This document shows positions 9,688 to 19,480 of a DNA stretch of 64,000 nt, in pieces. The notes beneath the pieces were generated by a model. That model saw only the letters and a list, made by a program, of their open reading frames with translations, ran no database searches and was not told the DNA's origin. Source of the stretch: a virus. The stretch lies in IMG/VR virus record IMGVR_UViG_3300015360_000036, positions 9,769-73,768 of that record; one strand, given 5' to 3'. Every line of letters starts with the position of its first letter. The stretch's first letter is position 1. The position numbers and the translations under genes were made by a program.

Positions 9688-10184
9688 TAGATAGAGCTAA
9701 TTCTGTACCAATCGTAAAAATATTCAAAAGTTACGGTTTGAGACTTAGTGAATATAACAAAGATACTATTTGCCCATTCCTAGACCATAAAGGAGGTAGA
9801 GAGAGCTCTGCCTCCTTTACTTATTATCCTCCTACTAATAGTTTCTTTTGCCATGGATGCAGAAAAGGTATCTATGGTACTGATTTCGTTGTAGCTATGG
9901 ATGGAATTCCAAGAGCAAAAGCTGCTTATAAAATATTAGAATTATTTGGTGGCGATGTAGATGATGATGTAGAGTTTGAGACACTTGACATCGCTGAAAG
10001 ATTAGAAATTATGATGGAATTTTCTAATCGTGTGAGAGATTTTAGGCAAGACAATACAGATGAAAAATCACTTGTTTTCATTGAAAATATATGCCAGATA
10101 TATGACGATATGAATAATAAACACAAACTTGATAATGAATCTCTTAGAAAATTCATATCAATACTAATAACACAGATTAAGTAA
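9579..10184 (+). CDS. CHC2 zinc-binding domain protein (DnaG N-terminal domain, stand-alone)
   Basis: ICPFLDH...SASFTYYPPTNSFFCHGC...DFVVAMDG. Confidence 0.8.
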   Translation: MRNIQNRNGPIGYGETSWETGDTTDASTRKAFFKNLVDRANSVPIVKIFKSYGLRLSEYNKDTICPFLDHKGGRESSASFTYYPPTNSFFCHGCRKGIYGTDFVVAMDGIPRAKAAYKILELFGGDVDDDVEFETLDIAERLEIMMEFSNRVRDFRQDNTDEKSLVFIENICQIYDDMNNKHKLDNESLRKFISILITQIK

Positions 10185-10188
10185 TTAT

Positions 10189-11382
10189 ATGCCTTATGCC
10201 ATTATTTTAGGTGACGTTCATTTGGGAAAAGGTATCAACATTGGTAAAGCTGGTGTTGGAGCAAGCCTAAATAGTCGAGTCACAGATCAATTAAATCTTT
10301 TAGAGTGGACTTTAGATAGAGCATTATATCATACAGCAAGTCATATTATTATAACTGGAGATGTTTTTGAAGATCCAAAACCACATCCAGCGCTAATGAC
10401 ATTATTCATTGGTTGGTTGAAAAAATGTGAAGCCAATGGTATCAATGTTGATATTATCATGGGTAATCATGATATTCTTAGAAGTGGATTCATCTACAAT
10501 TCACCTCTAGACATTATTTCTGAATTTGAATTAGATAACATTACCGTACACAAACAGATAAGTACTATTTTTATAGAATCAACTGCTTTTACCTTAGTTC
10601 CATTTAGAGATCGTAAGTCATTTTTCTGTAATACCAATCAAGAGGCTCTAGCACTTCTTAAAGACAGTTTTGTTTATGAACTAGCAAGTATACCAGTGAC
10701 TTACAAAAAGGTTATGGTTGGTCATTTAGCCATCGAAGGCTCAATACCAATTGGCGATGAGATTGATGATATCACGAATGAATTATTCTGTACTATAGAT
10801 ATGTTCACTGGTTATGATAAAGTATGGATGGGTCATGTTCATAAACCACAGATCATGAGTAAGAACCCATATATAGCTCATACCGGAAGTATGGATATTT
10901 CTAATTTTGGTGAGAATGACCATAAGAAACAAATTGTAGTACTTGATTGTATTACAAATAAATTTACTTTAGAAGATATTCCAACTAGACAACTTAAGAA
11001 GATTGTTATTACTGTACCGAAAGATACCGTAGACACAACTGCTTACGTATTAAAACAATTAGAGTCAGAAGATACTTTAGATAGATCTATTGTTAAAGTA
11101 GAAGTTGCTTTTGCTTCTCCAGACTTAAAATCTATAAACAAAGGTTCTATAGAAAAATTTCTGATGAAACAAGGTGCATTTAATGTTACGAATATTTCGG
11201 AATCTAAGAAAATAGCTATTATCAAGAAAGATAATGCAAAAGTTATAGACACGAAAATGGATGTTTTATCTGCAATACAAACCTACTCCGAGTTGTATGT
11301 AGATGATAAAATAAGAGGTAAATTTGTTGAAGTAGCTAATTCGCTATACGCAGACTATAAGGAAGAAAATGAATCCAATTAA
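10189..11382 (+). CDS. sbcD: SbcD/Mre11 (gp47-like) nuclease
   Basis: GDVHLG, TGDVFE, MGNHD, GHL, MGHVH metallophosphoesterase motifs. Confidence 0.9.
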   Translation: MPYAIILGDVHLGKGINIGKAGVGASLNSRVTDQLNLLEWTLDRALYHTASHIIITGDVFEDPKPHPALMTLFIGWLKKCEANGINVDIIMGNHDILRSGFIYNSPLDIISEFELDNITVHKQISTIFIESTAFTLVPFRDRKSFFCNTNQEALALLKDSFVYELASIPVTYKKVMVGHLAIEGSIPIGDEIDDITNELFCTIDMFTGYDKVWMGHVHKPQIMSKNPYIAHTGSMDISNFGENDHKKQIVVLDCITNKFTLEDIPTRQLKKIVITVPKDTVDTTAYVLKQLESEDTLDRSIVKVEVAFASPDLKSINKGSIEKFLMKQGAFNVTNISESKKIAIIKKDNAKVIDTKMDVLSAIQTYSELYVDDKIRGKFVEVANSLYADYKEENESN

Positions 11383-13561
11383 ACTGTATATTGAAAATTA
11401 TATGTGTCATGGTAAATCTACAATAGATTTTACACAATTCAATATAGCTCTTATAGTTGGTAAAATTGGGAATAATGATTTATACTCTAATGGTGTAGGT
11501 AAAACTACAATTTTTAAGGCAATTGAATATGTATTATTCAATCAAGCAGATGTTAATCTAGAGAAGATTATTAGGGACGATACTAATCTATGTAAGGTTA
11601 TGTTTGATTTTAATTCTGACAACATTACATACCGCATTTCCCGTACAAGGACTAGAAAAGGTAGCTCAGATCTTTCTTTATACGAAAGAACGGCTAACGT
11701 TGGTACTGAAGTCGAAATTGATGACCCAGCATCAGATGCTAAGTTTTGGAAGGATATCTCTGGTAGAAGGGCGGCGGATACTGAAAAAGATCTGGCTAAA
11801 CTAATAAAGATAAATTTCAAATCATTTAGAAGTACAGTACATTTTATGCAAAATGATTTTTCAGGATTAACAACTTCTACACCAGAGAAAAGAAAAGGCA
11901 TATTAAAAGATGCTTTGAATCTTTTAGTATATTCTAAGTTGGAAAAAATGGCTAAGGATAAAACAACGCTTTTATCTAAAGATATTGATAAGCATAAAAC
12001 TCTTATAGATTCACTTGGTGATCCAAATTCCGAAATAACTCCACTACAAGATCAATTAGTTAATATTGAAATTGTAGTTCAGGACAAGAATATCGAGTTA
12101 AAAGGTTTACAAAAAGAACTAGCAAAAGTCAATGACAAAATAGCTGAGTTAATTCAAAAACATTCTTTATTGGAAAGTAAGACATCTTCTTTAGTTGCTA
12201 GAGAACAAAACCTTATTCTTGATAAGAAAAAGCTAGAATCATCTATAAAAGAGTACAATTCTAAGCAAACTAATGTTGCTAGTGCCGCTACAGAAATAAT
12301 CAATGAAATTTCAAAATTAAAAGAGCAGCAAACTGCTTTAGCTAAAATTGATTATTCAGAAGTAGATATCATTTCGAATACACTTGAATTGACAAAAACT
12401 AAAATAGCTCAATTGAATGGCGTCATACAAAATAATATGACACAGTATGAAGAATTAAAAATTCCTGTACCTGATGAGAACGTTTGCAAGCATTGTCGTC
12501 AAGGACTATCAGATGAGCATAAGTTACATTGTAAAAAAATGATTGCTGACGAGATGGATCAATGTCAAACTGCCATCAAAACTGCTAAAAAAGAAATAAC
12601 TAGCTTAAATACTACAATTATTGCTAATCAACAAAAGTTAAATAGCATTAATTTATCAAGACAACAATTAGAGAGTTTGAATACTAAAATAACTGCTAAA
12701 CATAAAGAAATACAAGATAAGCAGGATATTCATAAAGAATATGTAATTATATCAGCCAAGTTTAAAAAAGAGTTTTCTGAAAAGTTACTAGAGTTAGGCG
12801 CTGTACAAGAGGAATTAAAGACTTCTTCTTTAGAAGAGACTAATCTTATTAAGCAGAGTATTGGTACAGAAAATGTAATTGCATCAGGTATTAATACAAA
12901 AATCTTAAACATAAACAAAGATATTAGTCATCAGGCTGGGACTGTTGCGGTTTTAAAGCATTCAATAGCTCAAAAGAATAAAGATAAAAATAAGAAAGAA
13001 TCATTAGTAAAAGCATTACTTATGCTGGAAGAAAACTATAAAATTTACCCTTTAGTTGTTCAAGCTTTCTCTTCTACTGGAATACCAAACCTTATTATTC
13101 AAAATGTGTTGGACGATTTACAAGTAGAATCAAATGAATTACTCACTAAATTGAAACCAGGATTACAGTTAGCATTTTCTATAGAAAAAACTAAGGGTGA
13201 TGGATCGCAAGATGAAACTCTTGATATTCAATACTTTGTAAGCGGTAAATCTAGAGATTATGATCAATTGTCCGGTGCTATGAAACTTGCAGTTACTTTC
13301 AGTCTAAAGTTAGGACTTTCATTCTTATTGCAAAAGATGATTGGTACAGATATTAAGATACTTATGTTAGATGAAATTGATCAATCTTTAGATAAGGCAA
13401 GTGTTGATGCATTTGCTGATATTGTTAAGTTTTTTCAAAACGACTTTACGATCCTTATTATTACACATAACGATAGATTGAAAGATAAATTCTCACACGC
13501 TATATTGGTCGAACAAGATATGAATATGGTGTCAACTGCGAGCGTCGTCTCGTCTTGGTAA
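11369..13561 (+). CDS. sbcC: SbcC/Rad50 (gp46-like) SMC ATPase
   Basis: SNGVGKTT, coiled coil with CKHC zinc hook, LSGAMK, LMLDE, ITH. Confidence 0.92.
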   Translation: MNPIKLYIENYMCHGKSTIDFTQFNIALIVGKIGNNDLYSNGVGKTTIFKAIEYVLFNQADVNLEKIIRDDTNLCKVMFDFNSDNITYRISRTRTRKGSSDLSLYERTANVGTEVEIDDPASDAKFWKDISGRRAADTEKDLAKLIKINFKSFRSTVHFMQNDFSGLTTSTPEKRKGILKDALNLLVYSKLEKMAKDKTTLLSKDIDKHKTLIDSLGDPNSEITPLQDQLVNIEIVVQDKNIELKGLQKELAKVNDKIAELIQKHSLLESKTSSLVAREQNLILDKKKLESSIKEYNSKQTNVASAATEIINEISKLKEQQTALAKIDYSEVDIISNTLELTKTKIAQLNGVIQNNMTQYEELKIPVPDENVCKHCRQGLSDEHKLHCKKMIADEMDQCQTAIKTAKKEITSLNTTIIANQQKLNSINLSRQQLESLNTKITAKHKEIQDKQDIHKEYVIISAKFKKEFSEKLLELGAVQEELKTSSLEETNLIKQSIGTENVIASGINTKILNINKDISHQAGTVAVLKHSIAQKNKDKNKKESLVKALLMLEENYKIYPLVVQAFSSTGIPNLIIQNVLDDLQVESNELLTKLKPGLQLAFSIEKTKGDGSQDETLDIQYFVSGKSRDYDQLSGAMKLAVTFSLKLGLSFLLQKMIGTDIKILMLDEIDQSLDKASVDAFADIVKFFQNDFTILIITHNDRLKDKFSHAILVEQDMNMVSTASVVSSW

Positions 13562-13569
13562 GGAATAAA

Positions 13570-14154
13570 ATGTATAAAATAGCTATTGTTGGAAAAGCTA
13601 ACTCAGGTAAAGATACTATTGCAAAGCTTTTCGGTAGAAGATTGAAAGAAACTAAGCATGTCGGTAAATTCAGGAGCATGGCTTTTGCTGATCCAATTAA
13701 AGAGATTATCAGGGTCATGTTTCCTTCAATACCCAGAAAGCATTTATACGGTTCTTCAAAGTATCGCTCAGAAGTTATACCAGGGGCTTTCAAAGACGGC
13801 GTACCATTGACTATAAGGCAGTTGCTTATAGATATTGGTACCGGTCTTGGTAGAGGATATAGTGATTCTATTTGGTTGGATAATTTTGATAATAGATTAG
13901 ATCATCCAAATCGGTATCAAAGACATTCACCAGTTATTGTTACTGATACTAGGTTCAGAAATGAATTTGATCACCTTAAAAGCAAAGGATTCAAGATGGT
14001 TAAAGTTATTAGAGATTCGTACCTAGTAAGTAACCATATTAGTGAAACTGAACAGGACTCTATAAAAAATGGTGAATTTGATATCATTATAAATAATAAT
14101 GGTAGTCTTGCTGATTTGAAAGATCTTGTTTTTAAAGAAGCAGACGCTATATAA
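13570..14154 (+). CDS. Deoxynucleoside monophosphate kinase (T4 gp1-like)
   Basis: GKANSGKDT, FADPIK, RQLLIDIGT, VTDTRFRNE, HISE. Confidence 0.88.
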   Translation: MYKIAIVGKANSGKDTIAKLFGRRLKETKHVGKFRSMAFADPIKEIIRVMFPSIPRKHLYGSSKYRSEVIPGAFKDGVPLTIRQLLIDIGTGLGRGYSDSIWLDNFDNRLDHPNRYQRHSPVIVTDTRFRNEFDHLKSKGFKMVKVIRDSYLVSNHISETEQDSIKNGEFDIIINNNGSLADLKDLVFKEADAI

Positions 14155-14179
14155 TAGTATATTTGAGCATATAGTCAAG

Positions 14180-14494
14180 ATGAACCTAGACTTGCTTAAA
14201 AAAGAATTTTTGCCGAGATACTTGGCTGTTGGAGAGCAGGAGTTTTATAAATTTCTGCTCGTTTTTGCAATGACTAGGTTGGTAGCTATCGAAAAAGGCG
14301 ATTATAAGGGGTCAACACCGGATTTAGAGTTCTTACAATACTATGAAGGGTTTATAATATTGTATAGAAGGGAAGGTGATGAAAATTATATTAATGCTGC
14401 CAGATTATTCAGAAAGGCTGCACATAAAATTAATCGACTCATGCTTAAAAAAAACATGACAGTCAAAAGCCCTAAATTCTTAACTTTGGTATAA
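14180..14494 (+). CDS. Hypothetical protein
   Basis: ORF; ATG 14180 is the likely start. Confidence 0.6.
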   Translation: MNLDLLKKEFLPRYLAVGEQEFYKFLLVFAMTRLVAIEKGDYKGSTPDLEFLQYYEGFIILYRREGDENYINAARLFRKAAHKINRLMLKKNMTVKSPKFLTLV

Positions 14495-14495
14495 T

Positions 14496-15488
14496 ATGGT
14501 AGTAATAAGCATTGAAATAGAACAGTCAGCAGAAGAAATTGTTTCTGGTATTCCAAAAACAGTTACAATTACTGCAAGCACATCAGCCCCTATCTTTTAT
14601 ACTTTAGATGGTAGCGAGCCCACAATATTTTCAGAAATATACGTCAGCGCAATTTTCTTGCCAACGGACAGTTTAACACTTACATTGAAAGCGATGGCGA
14701 CTGACGGCATCGATACCTCACCGGTAATTTCTGAAACATATTTTACCAATTTAACAGTAGGCAAGAACGCTCGCTTAGCTCACTCAGCCACAAGTGCTCA
14801 AGCTGGCGACGTTATCGAAAGCCGATACCCCTTCGGTTCAAGTTCACCAGATCCTAATACAATATTTTTATCTTCTGGTGATGTTGGTATTACGGTTAAT
14901 GATCCATCATTAGAACAAATTATTGATGGTTATGGCGCTGATGGCGAACCTAATTCATTTACTAATGAAGAGTACACTACAGAAAACTATAGCATCAAAT
15001 ATTCTGATGATGATGCAATTGGTCAAATGGGCAATGGCATTGGAAGCCTTCCTAATAATATAACGGTCACTAGACCTGTTGCACCGCCAAATACAACTAA
15101 TCAATTCTCTGTAGCTTTCGATCCAAGAGCTTTGGTAATATTTCAAGACGTATCTTTGGAAGATCCAAATGATCCGCCATACATAAATAGAGAATTCTTT
15201 TCATTAGAAAATAGTGATGTTACAAGAGATGGTAATAATTATTACAATACTGGATTAGATTCTCCACCTGTATCTGGATCTTTTTTAAGATCTCATTTTA
15301 ATGCTAGAGATAATACTATGACTTATTACTATATGGATACCATAGCTAATAAGTGGATTATATCAAAAACTCCATATAATCCAACATCAAATTCAACGGA
15401 TAATTTGGGTGGAATGGCATTATCTAATAGACCTGGAGCAAAGTATGTTTACGAGTGGCGCCCATTTGCAAGAAGAGTTCTATTTTAA
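14496..15488 (+). CDS. Protein with N-terminal Fn3-associated/chitobiase-C-like domain
   Basis: IFYTLDGSEPT...Y...I.L....TLKAMA. Confidence 0.6.
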   Translation: MVVISIEIEQSAEEIVSGIPKTVTITASTSAPIFYTLDGSEPTIFSEIYVSAIFLPTDSLTLTLKAMATDGIDTSPVISETYFTNLTVGKNARLAHSATSAQAGDVIESRYPFGSSSPDPNTIFLSSGDVGITVNDPSLEQIIDGYGADGEPNSFTNEEYTTENYSIKYSDDDAIGQMGNGIGSLPNNITVTRPVAPPNTTNQFSVAFDPRALVIFQDVSLEDPNDPPYINREFFSLENSDVTRDGNNYYNTGLDSPPVSGSFLRSHFNARDNTMTYYYMDTIANKWIISKTPYNPTSNSTDNLGGMALSNRPGAKYVYEWRPFARRVLF

Positions 15489-15490
15489 TT

Positions 15491-15913
15491 ATGATTATAA
15501 GGGTGTTTAAGCCTAACAAGGGTACAAATAGTTTAAAGCTTTGTTATCGAAATGAAAATGGGCAACTACATAGAATAGATGGTCCAGCTAAAATTTATCA
15601 TGATGGTAGCGAAGAGTGGTGGCAAAATGGTGTACTACACAGAGATGGCGAGCCTGCTACTATTTGGATAAATACAAATGGTATAACTAAAAGATGGTTT
15701 TTTAATGGACTTCTGCATAGAGTAGATGGTCCTGCTGAAGAATATTCTGATGGTGATAAACATTAGTATATTCATGATGTACCGCATAGAGTAGACGGTC
15801 CAGCCATAGAAATTAATGATGGACGTAAGTATTGGTATTATAATGGAAGAAAAATTGATTGAAAAAATCAAAAAGAATTCTCAATAATGATAAAGTTACT
15901 GACGTTTTGCTAA
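15491..15913 (+). pseudogene. LHRxDGPA-repeat protein interrupted by two in-frame stops
   Basis: Repeats LHRIDGPA/LHRDGEPA/LHRVDGPA continue past TAG 15764 as YIHDVPHRVDGPAIE..KYWYYNGRKID*KNQKEFSIMIKLLTFC. Confidence 0.7.
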
Positions 15914-15961
15914 TCTGATATATAGAGCATTACACTATTTACAATTGAAAAGAATATATTT

Positions 15962-16777
15962 ATGACTCAGGAAGAAGAGTATAAGCCATTAAGGCTTAGC
16001 GTATCTAAAACGAAAACATTCTTAGATTGCAGACGGAAGTTTGAGTATTCTTATATACAAAAACTTCCCAAGAAAGATTGGGAGCATCACACTTTTGGTA
16101 AGTTCTGCCATAAAGTATTAGAAGATTTTCATCAGTACTATCTTGAAGGTAGCCAAGATCCATACAACATAAGTATGAACAAGGCTTTTAAAGCTGCCTG
16201 GACAGAGTACAAAGCACAAATGACTCCTGAAATGAAAAAGGATTGTTTTGCTATTATCAATAATTACTTGAAATTAGTTAGTGATGAAAAGAGGGATGGT
16301 ATTGCAGCAAATGTTCTGGCTTGTGAAAAGAAGTTTGAATTGCCAATAAAAAGAAGTGATGGTAATCATTTGGTTTTGAATGGTATGATTGATCGTATTC
16401 AATTAGATTCTGATGGAGTAATTCACGTAGCTGACTATAAGAGTACTAAGAATAAAAAGTATTTGAAGAATGATTGGTTTCAATTACTTACATATGCTTA
16501 TGTGTTAATATCAGAAGATCCTAATATAAAGAAGGTTAGAGGGTCCTATGTTCTATTGAGACATAATTTTGAGTATATTACTGCTGAGTTTGAAGTACCA
16601 GAAATTATGACAGTTGCAGAAAAGTATTTAAATTATGCTAATGAAATAGATAGTGAAAAGGAGTATCCTGCTAACCCTACAGGATTGTGCAATTATTGTG
16701 ATTTCCAGAATATGTGTGCCGAGGGGAAAACAAAATCTTTTGATTATCAAAAAATTTATGGCGAGGTAAGTTGGTAA
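15962..16777 (+). CDS. PD-(D/E)XK RecB/Cas4-like exonuclease
   Basis: LSVSKTKTFLDC, GKFCH, GMIDRI, DYKS, QLLTY, CNYCDFQNMC (Fe-S ligands). Confidence 0.88.
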   Translation: MTQEEEYKPLRLSVSKTKTFLDCRRKFEYSYIQKLPKKDWEHHTFGKFCHKVLEDFHQYYLEGSQDPYNISMNKAFKAAWTEYKAQMTPEMKKDCFAIINNYLKLVSDEKRDGIAANVLACEKKFELPIKRSDGNHLVLNGMIDRIQLDSDGVIHVADYKSTKNKKYLKNDWFQLLTYAYVLISEDPNIKKVRGSYVLLRHNFEYITAEFEVPEIMTVAEKYLNYANEIDSEKEYPANPTGLCNYCDFQNMCAEGKTKSFDYQKIYGEVSW

Positions 16778-16787
16778 ATACCAGCCC

Positions 16788-16815
16788 TTGACAGAAAAAA
16801 TATAGTTATTATAAT
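16788..16815 (+). promoter_or_regulatory. Consensus sigma70 promoter upstream of trigger factor
   Basis: TTGACA-16 bp-TATAAT. Confidence 0.7.
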
Positions 16816-16849
16816 GGTTAGTGCCAACATTGAGAAAATAGGAAGAAAA

Positions 16850-18100
16850 ATGCAAATCGAAGTTAAAGAAATTGAGCCATGCAAACTATCAGTTCATTAT
16901 GAAGCAAATGCTGAGCAGATTCTAAATAAAAGAGCGGAGGTGTTCCAAGCCTTTAAGAAAGCACCTGTACCGGGATTCAGACCAGGTAAAGTAGCTCCAG
17001 AAGCTATTAAAATGCATTACAAGAATCAGATTGAGGAAGCTCTTAAAAGGGGTTTAGCAGAAGATGCTTACCATAATACGCTTTTCGAGAAAAAGCTAAG
17101 AGCACACGGTGCTCCAAGGTTTACCACATTATCACTAATTGGTGGTAAGTTTAGTTGTGATTTTGATCTACACACTAAGCCAGATTTTGAGCTAGCTCCT
17201 TATCATAAGCTAAATGTACCAAAACCACACAGTCCTTTATCACAAAGTGATATAGCCGAAAAAATGCTTCAAGAAGTTAGAGTTCGTCTTGGAGAGCACA
17301 CCCCTTATTCAGATACTGATTTCGTTCAAATGAATGATAATGTCATTGTTGATTATGAGGGTTCAGTAGATGGTGTTAAAGTTGAGGCATTAACCGCTAC
17401 TGGTGAGATGCTTAATGTTGGAACCAGCCAATTACCAGCATTTGATGAAAATTTATTGGGTATGACTGTAGGCGAAACTAGGGAATTTTCCCTGGTAGCT
17501 CCAGCTAATTCTTTACCATCATTAGCTGGAAAGCTTGTTACATTTAAAGTAACGCTTACTATTGGTTCAAAGAACACTCCAGCAGCTTTGGATGATAGTT
17601 TAGCTGTAAAACTTGGTAAAAAAGATTACAATGAATTACGTGAATTTGTGACAGCCAATGCTGGCGCTCAAGTAATCAATACAGGAAAATCTGCATTAAA
17701 TGGTTCTATCACCGCAAAACTAGTAGAAGATAATAAAATTGATGTGCCAAACTGGCTTGCTCTTTCTGAAGCTCAGTATTTAGCTCATCATTCAAAAATG
17801 GATTGGAATACTATTTCTGATGCAGATAAGGATAAGCTTTTGATAATGGCAGAGAAAAATGTCAAATTATCATTGGTGTTAGATAAGATTAGAGAGACTG
17901 AGCCTGATGCCCAGCTAAGTGATAATGAAGTACTTAATATAATTAAGCACAATATGTCTAAAACTAAATTACAATCATCATCATTTGATGATGCGATTAA
18001 AGAGATGACAAGAACAGGTTATCTTCAAGTTTTATTCTCAAGAATAAAAGATGAATATACTCTAGACTACATCGTAAAATCAGCAATCATAACGGAATAA
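16850..18100 (+). CDS. tig: Trigger factor (ribosome-associated chaperone/PPIase)
   Basis: MQIEVKEIEPC, VPGFRPGKV signature, FKBP domain (VIVDYEGSVDG, FDENLLGM..GE), C-terminal LVLDKI...E. Confidence 0.9.
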   Translation: MQIEVKEIEPCKLSVHYEANAEQILNKRAEVFQAFKKAPVPGFRPGKVAPEAIKMHYKNQIEEALKRGLAEDAYHNTLFEKKLRAHGAPRFTTLSLIGGKFSCDFDLHTKPDFELAPYHKLNVPKPHSPLSQSDIAEKMLQEVRVRLGEHTPYSDTDFVQMNDNVIVDYEGSVDGVKVEALTATGEMLNVGTSQLPAFDENLLGMTVGETREFSLVAPANSLPSLAGKLVTFKVTLTIGSKNTPAALDDSLAVKLGKKDYNELREFVTANAGAQVINTGKSALNGSITAKLVEDNKIDVPNWLALSEAQYLAHHSKMDWNTISDADKDKLLIMAEKNVKLSLVLDKIRETEPDAQLSDNEVLNIIKHNMSKTKLQSSSFDDAIKEMTRTGYLQVLFSRIKDEYTLDYIVKSAIITE

Positions 18101-18113
18101 TAGGTAAAATATA

Positions 18114-18431
18114 ATGTCAACAGATTCAAATGATCCAGTAACGTTCGCGGAAAAATGGGCTAAAGTACTCAAGGAGCTTCCTGAGTTTAAAGAGAATGCA
18201 GATGCAGCAAGCGTAGAGGATTTAAAGAAAATCATCGTCACTTGTGAAGGTAACATTTATGAGACAGATAAAGCTAAAGAAGCTGATGTTAAATTAAATG
18301 CAGCTAAAGAATGTGTTAAAGATTTTTCAGCGCCATATCGTGATGCAATTAAAGTACAAACCGCAAAAATCAAATATGCTTTATTCTTACTTGATGGCAA
18401 GGGAGAAGATGTTGGTGATAGGGAAGAATAA
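18114..18431 (+). CDS. Hypothetical protein
   Basis: Helical ORF. Confidence 0.65.
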   Translation: MSTDSNDPVTFAEKWAKVLKELPEFKENADAASVEDLKKIIVTCEGNIYETDKAKEADVKLNAAKECVKDFSAPYRDAIKVQTAKIKYALFLLDGKGEDVGDREE

Positions 18432-18709
18432 TGAAGGTTGAAAGATTTACCGTCCAAGCTTGCTGTGGAAGGACATCTTTGATTTTCAAAACAGATCAGC
18501 CTCTTACAAAAACCATACTAGATCAATTAGTTAGTATGGGTTTTAAAGAGGCTGTGCATTTTACTAAAGCTGGAATCCTATGGGTAGATAATATGGACTT
18601 AATAGTAACAGGTCCGCTGGGTTCTAATAAGCTACAGGTGAAATGCAAGAAAGCTGATTGTAGTCAAAATCTTAATGAATTCGAGGATTTACTTCTAAAA
18701 ATAGGTTAA
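18431..18709 (+). CDS. Hypothetical protein
   Basis: Coupled ORF with CC and CxxxxC. Confidence 0.6.
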   Translation: MKVERFTVQACCGRTSLIFKTDQPLTKTILDQLVSMGFKEAVHFTKAGILWVDNMDLIVTGPLGSNKLQVKCKKADCSQNLNEFEDLLLKIG

Positions 18710-18711
18710 AT

Positions 18712-19377
18712 ATGACTAATAATGGTGTTGGCACAATAGCTAATGTAAGAAAAAAGTTTCATTCTACACATGAATTGATAACAACTTCATATCATGAAGC
18801 TGGTCATGCTGTGTACGGTTTACTCAAATGCATGAAAATCGAAGAGGTTTCTGTATTTGAAAATAAGAAAACCAAAAGAATTGAGGGTTTTACTTACTAT
18901 AAATCACCAACACCAGAACAGTTTATTGATCCAGATTTGACTTATTATTGGTTAATAGCTGAAATAAGTTGCAAATATGCAGGATTAGGTGCCGAAAAGT
19001 ATCATTTTAAGAGTATTTCAGGATCTGATAAATTCCCGATGTTCTTGAGAGATGGATCTTCTAGTGATACTTTGTCTGCCGCGGCGATGATAAGACAATT
19101 CAATTTATCACCACCAGGCAGGAAAACTTATAATTATAAGAAATTGCTTATAAAAAATACTTGCCGTAACTTGCAAGAACATTGGGATGCTGTTACACTA
19201 GTATCCCACGCATTATTTAAAAAGAAAAGATTAGATTATGAGGAGATTAAAAATCTCCTTATTAAAAAATCTAGTCATAAACAATTTTGGAAAGAAAGAT
19301 TCCAAATAATTTCAACTATTTATGGATTGCCTTCAACGATTGATGAAGCTGAACTAAAGCTGATTTTATTTATTTGA
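18712..19377 (+). CDS. Peptidase M41 (FtsH protease domain)-like zinc metalloprotease, stand-alone
   Basis: TSYHEAGHAV, AGLGAE, GSSSD, WDAVTLVSHAL...LDYEEI. Confidence 0.75.
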   Translation: MTNNGVGTIANVRKKFHSTHELITTSYHEAGHAVYGLLKCMKIEEVSVFENKKTKRIEGFTYYKSPTPEQFIDPDLTYYWLIAEISCKYAGLGAEKYHFKSISGSDKFPMFLRDGSSSDTLSAAAMIRQFNLSPPGRKTYNYKKLLIKNTCRNLQEHWDAVTLVSHALFKKKRLDYEEIKNLLIKKSSHKQFWKERFQIISTIYGLPSTIDEAELKLILFI

Positions 19378-19388
19378 AATTATTCCCT

Positions 19389-19455
19389 GACAATCATACG
19401 TGCCCCATTTTTATGGGGCATAGTGCTTTGTGCATAAGCCCGATATGATTTTGTT
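19389..19455 (+). promoter_or_regulatory. Structured RNA leader or terminator upstream of dnaE
   Basis: Stems AATCATA/TATGATT enclosing TGCCCCAT/ATGGGGCA and GCTT/AAGC. Confidence 0.45.
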
Positions 19456-19480
19456 ACAATACTAACCCTAAGGACATAAC

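Noticed and set aside
15764-15766. In-frame TAG as evidence of stop-codon recoding
   Set aside because: All long genes are intact under the standard code. This TAG sits at a Trp position and is followed by a second (TGA) stop, which fits pseudogenisation.
15962-16777. CRISPR-Cas (Cas4) locus
   Set aside because: No repeat-spacer array or other cas genes; Cas4-like nucleases are common in phage replication blocks.
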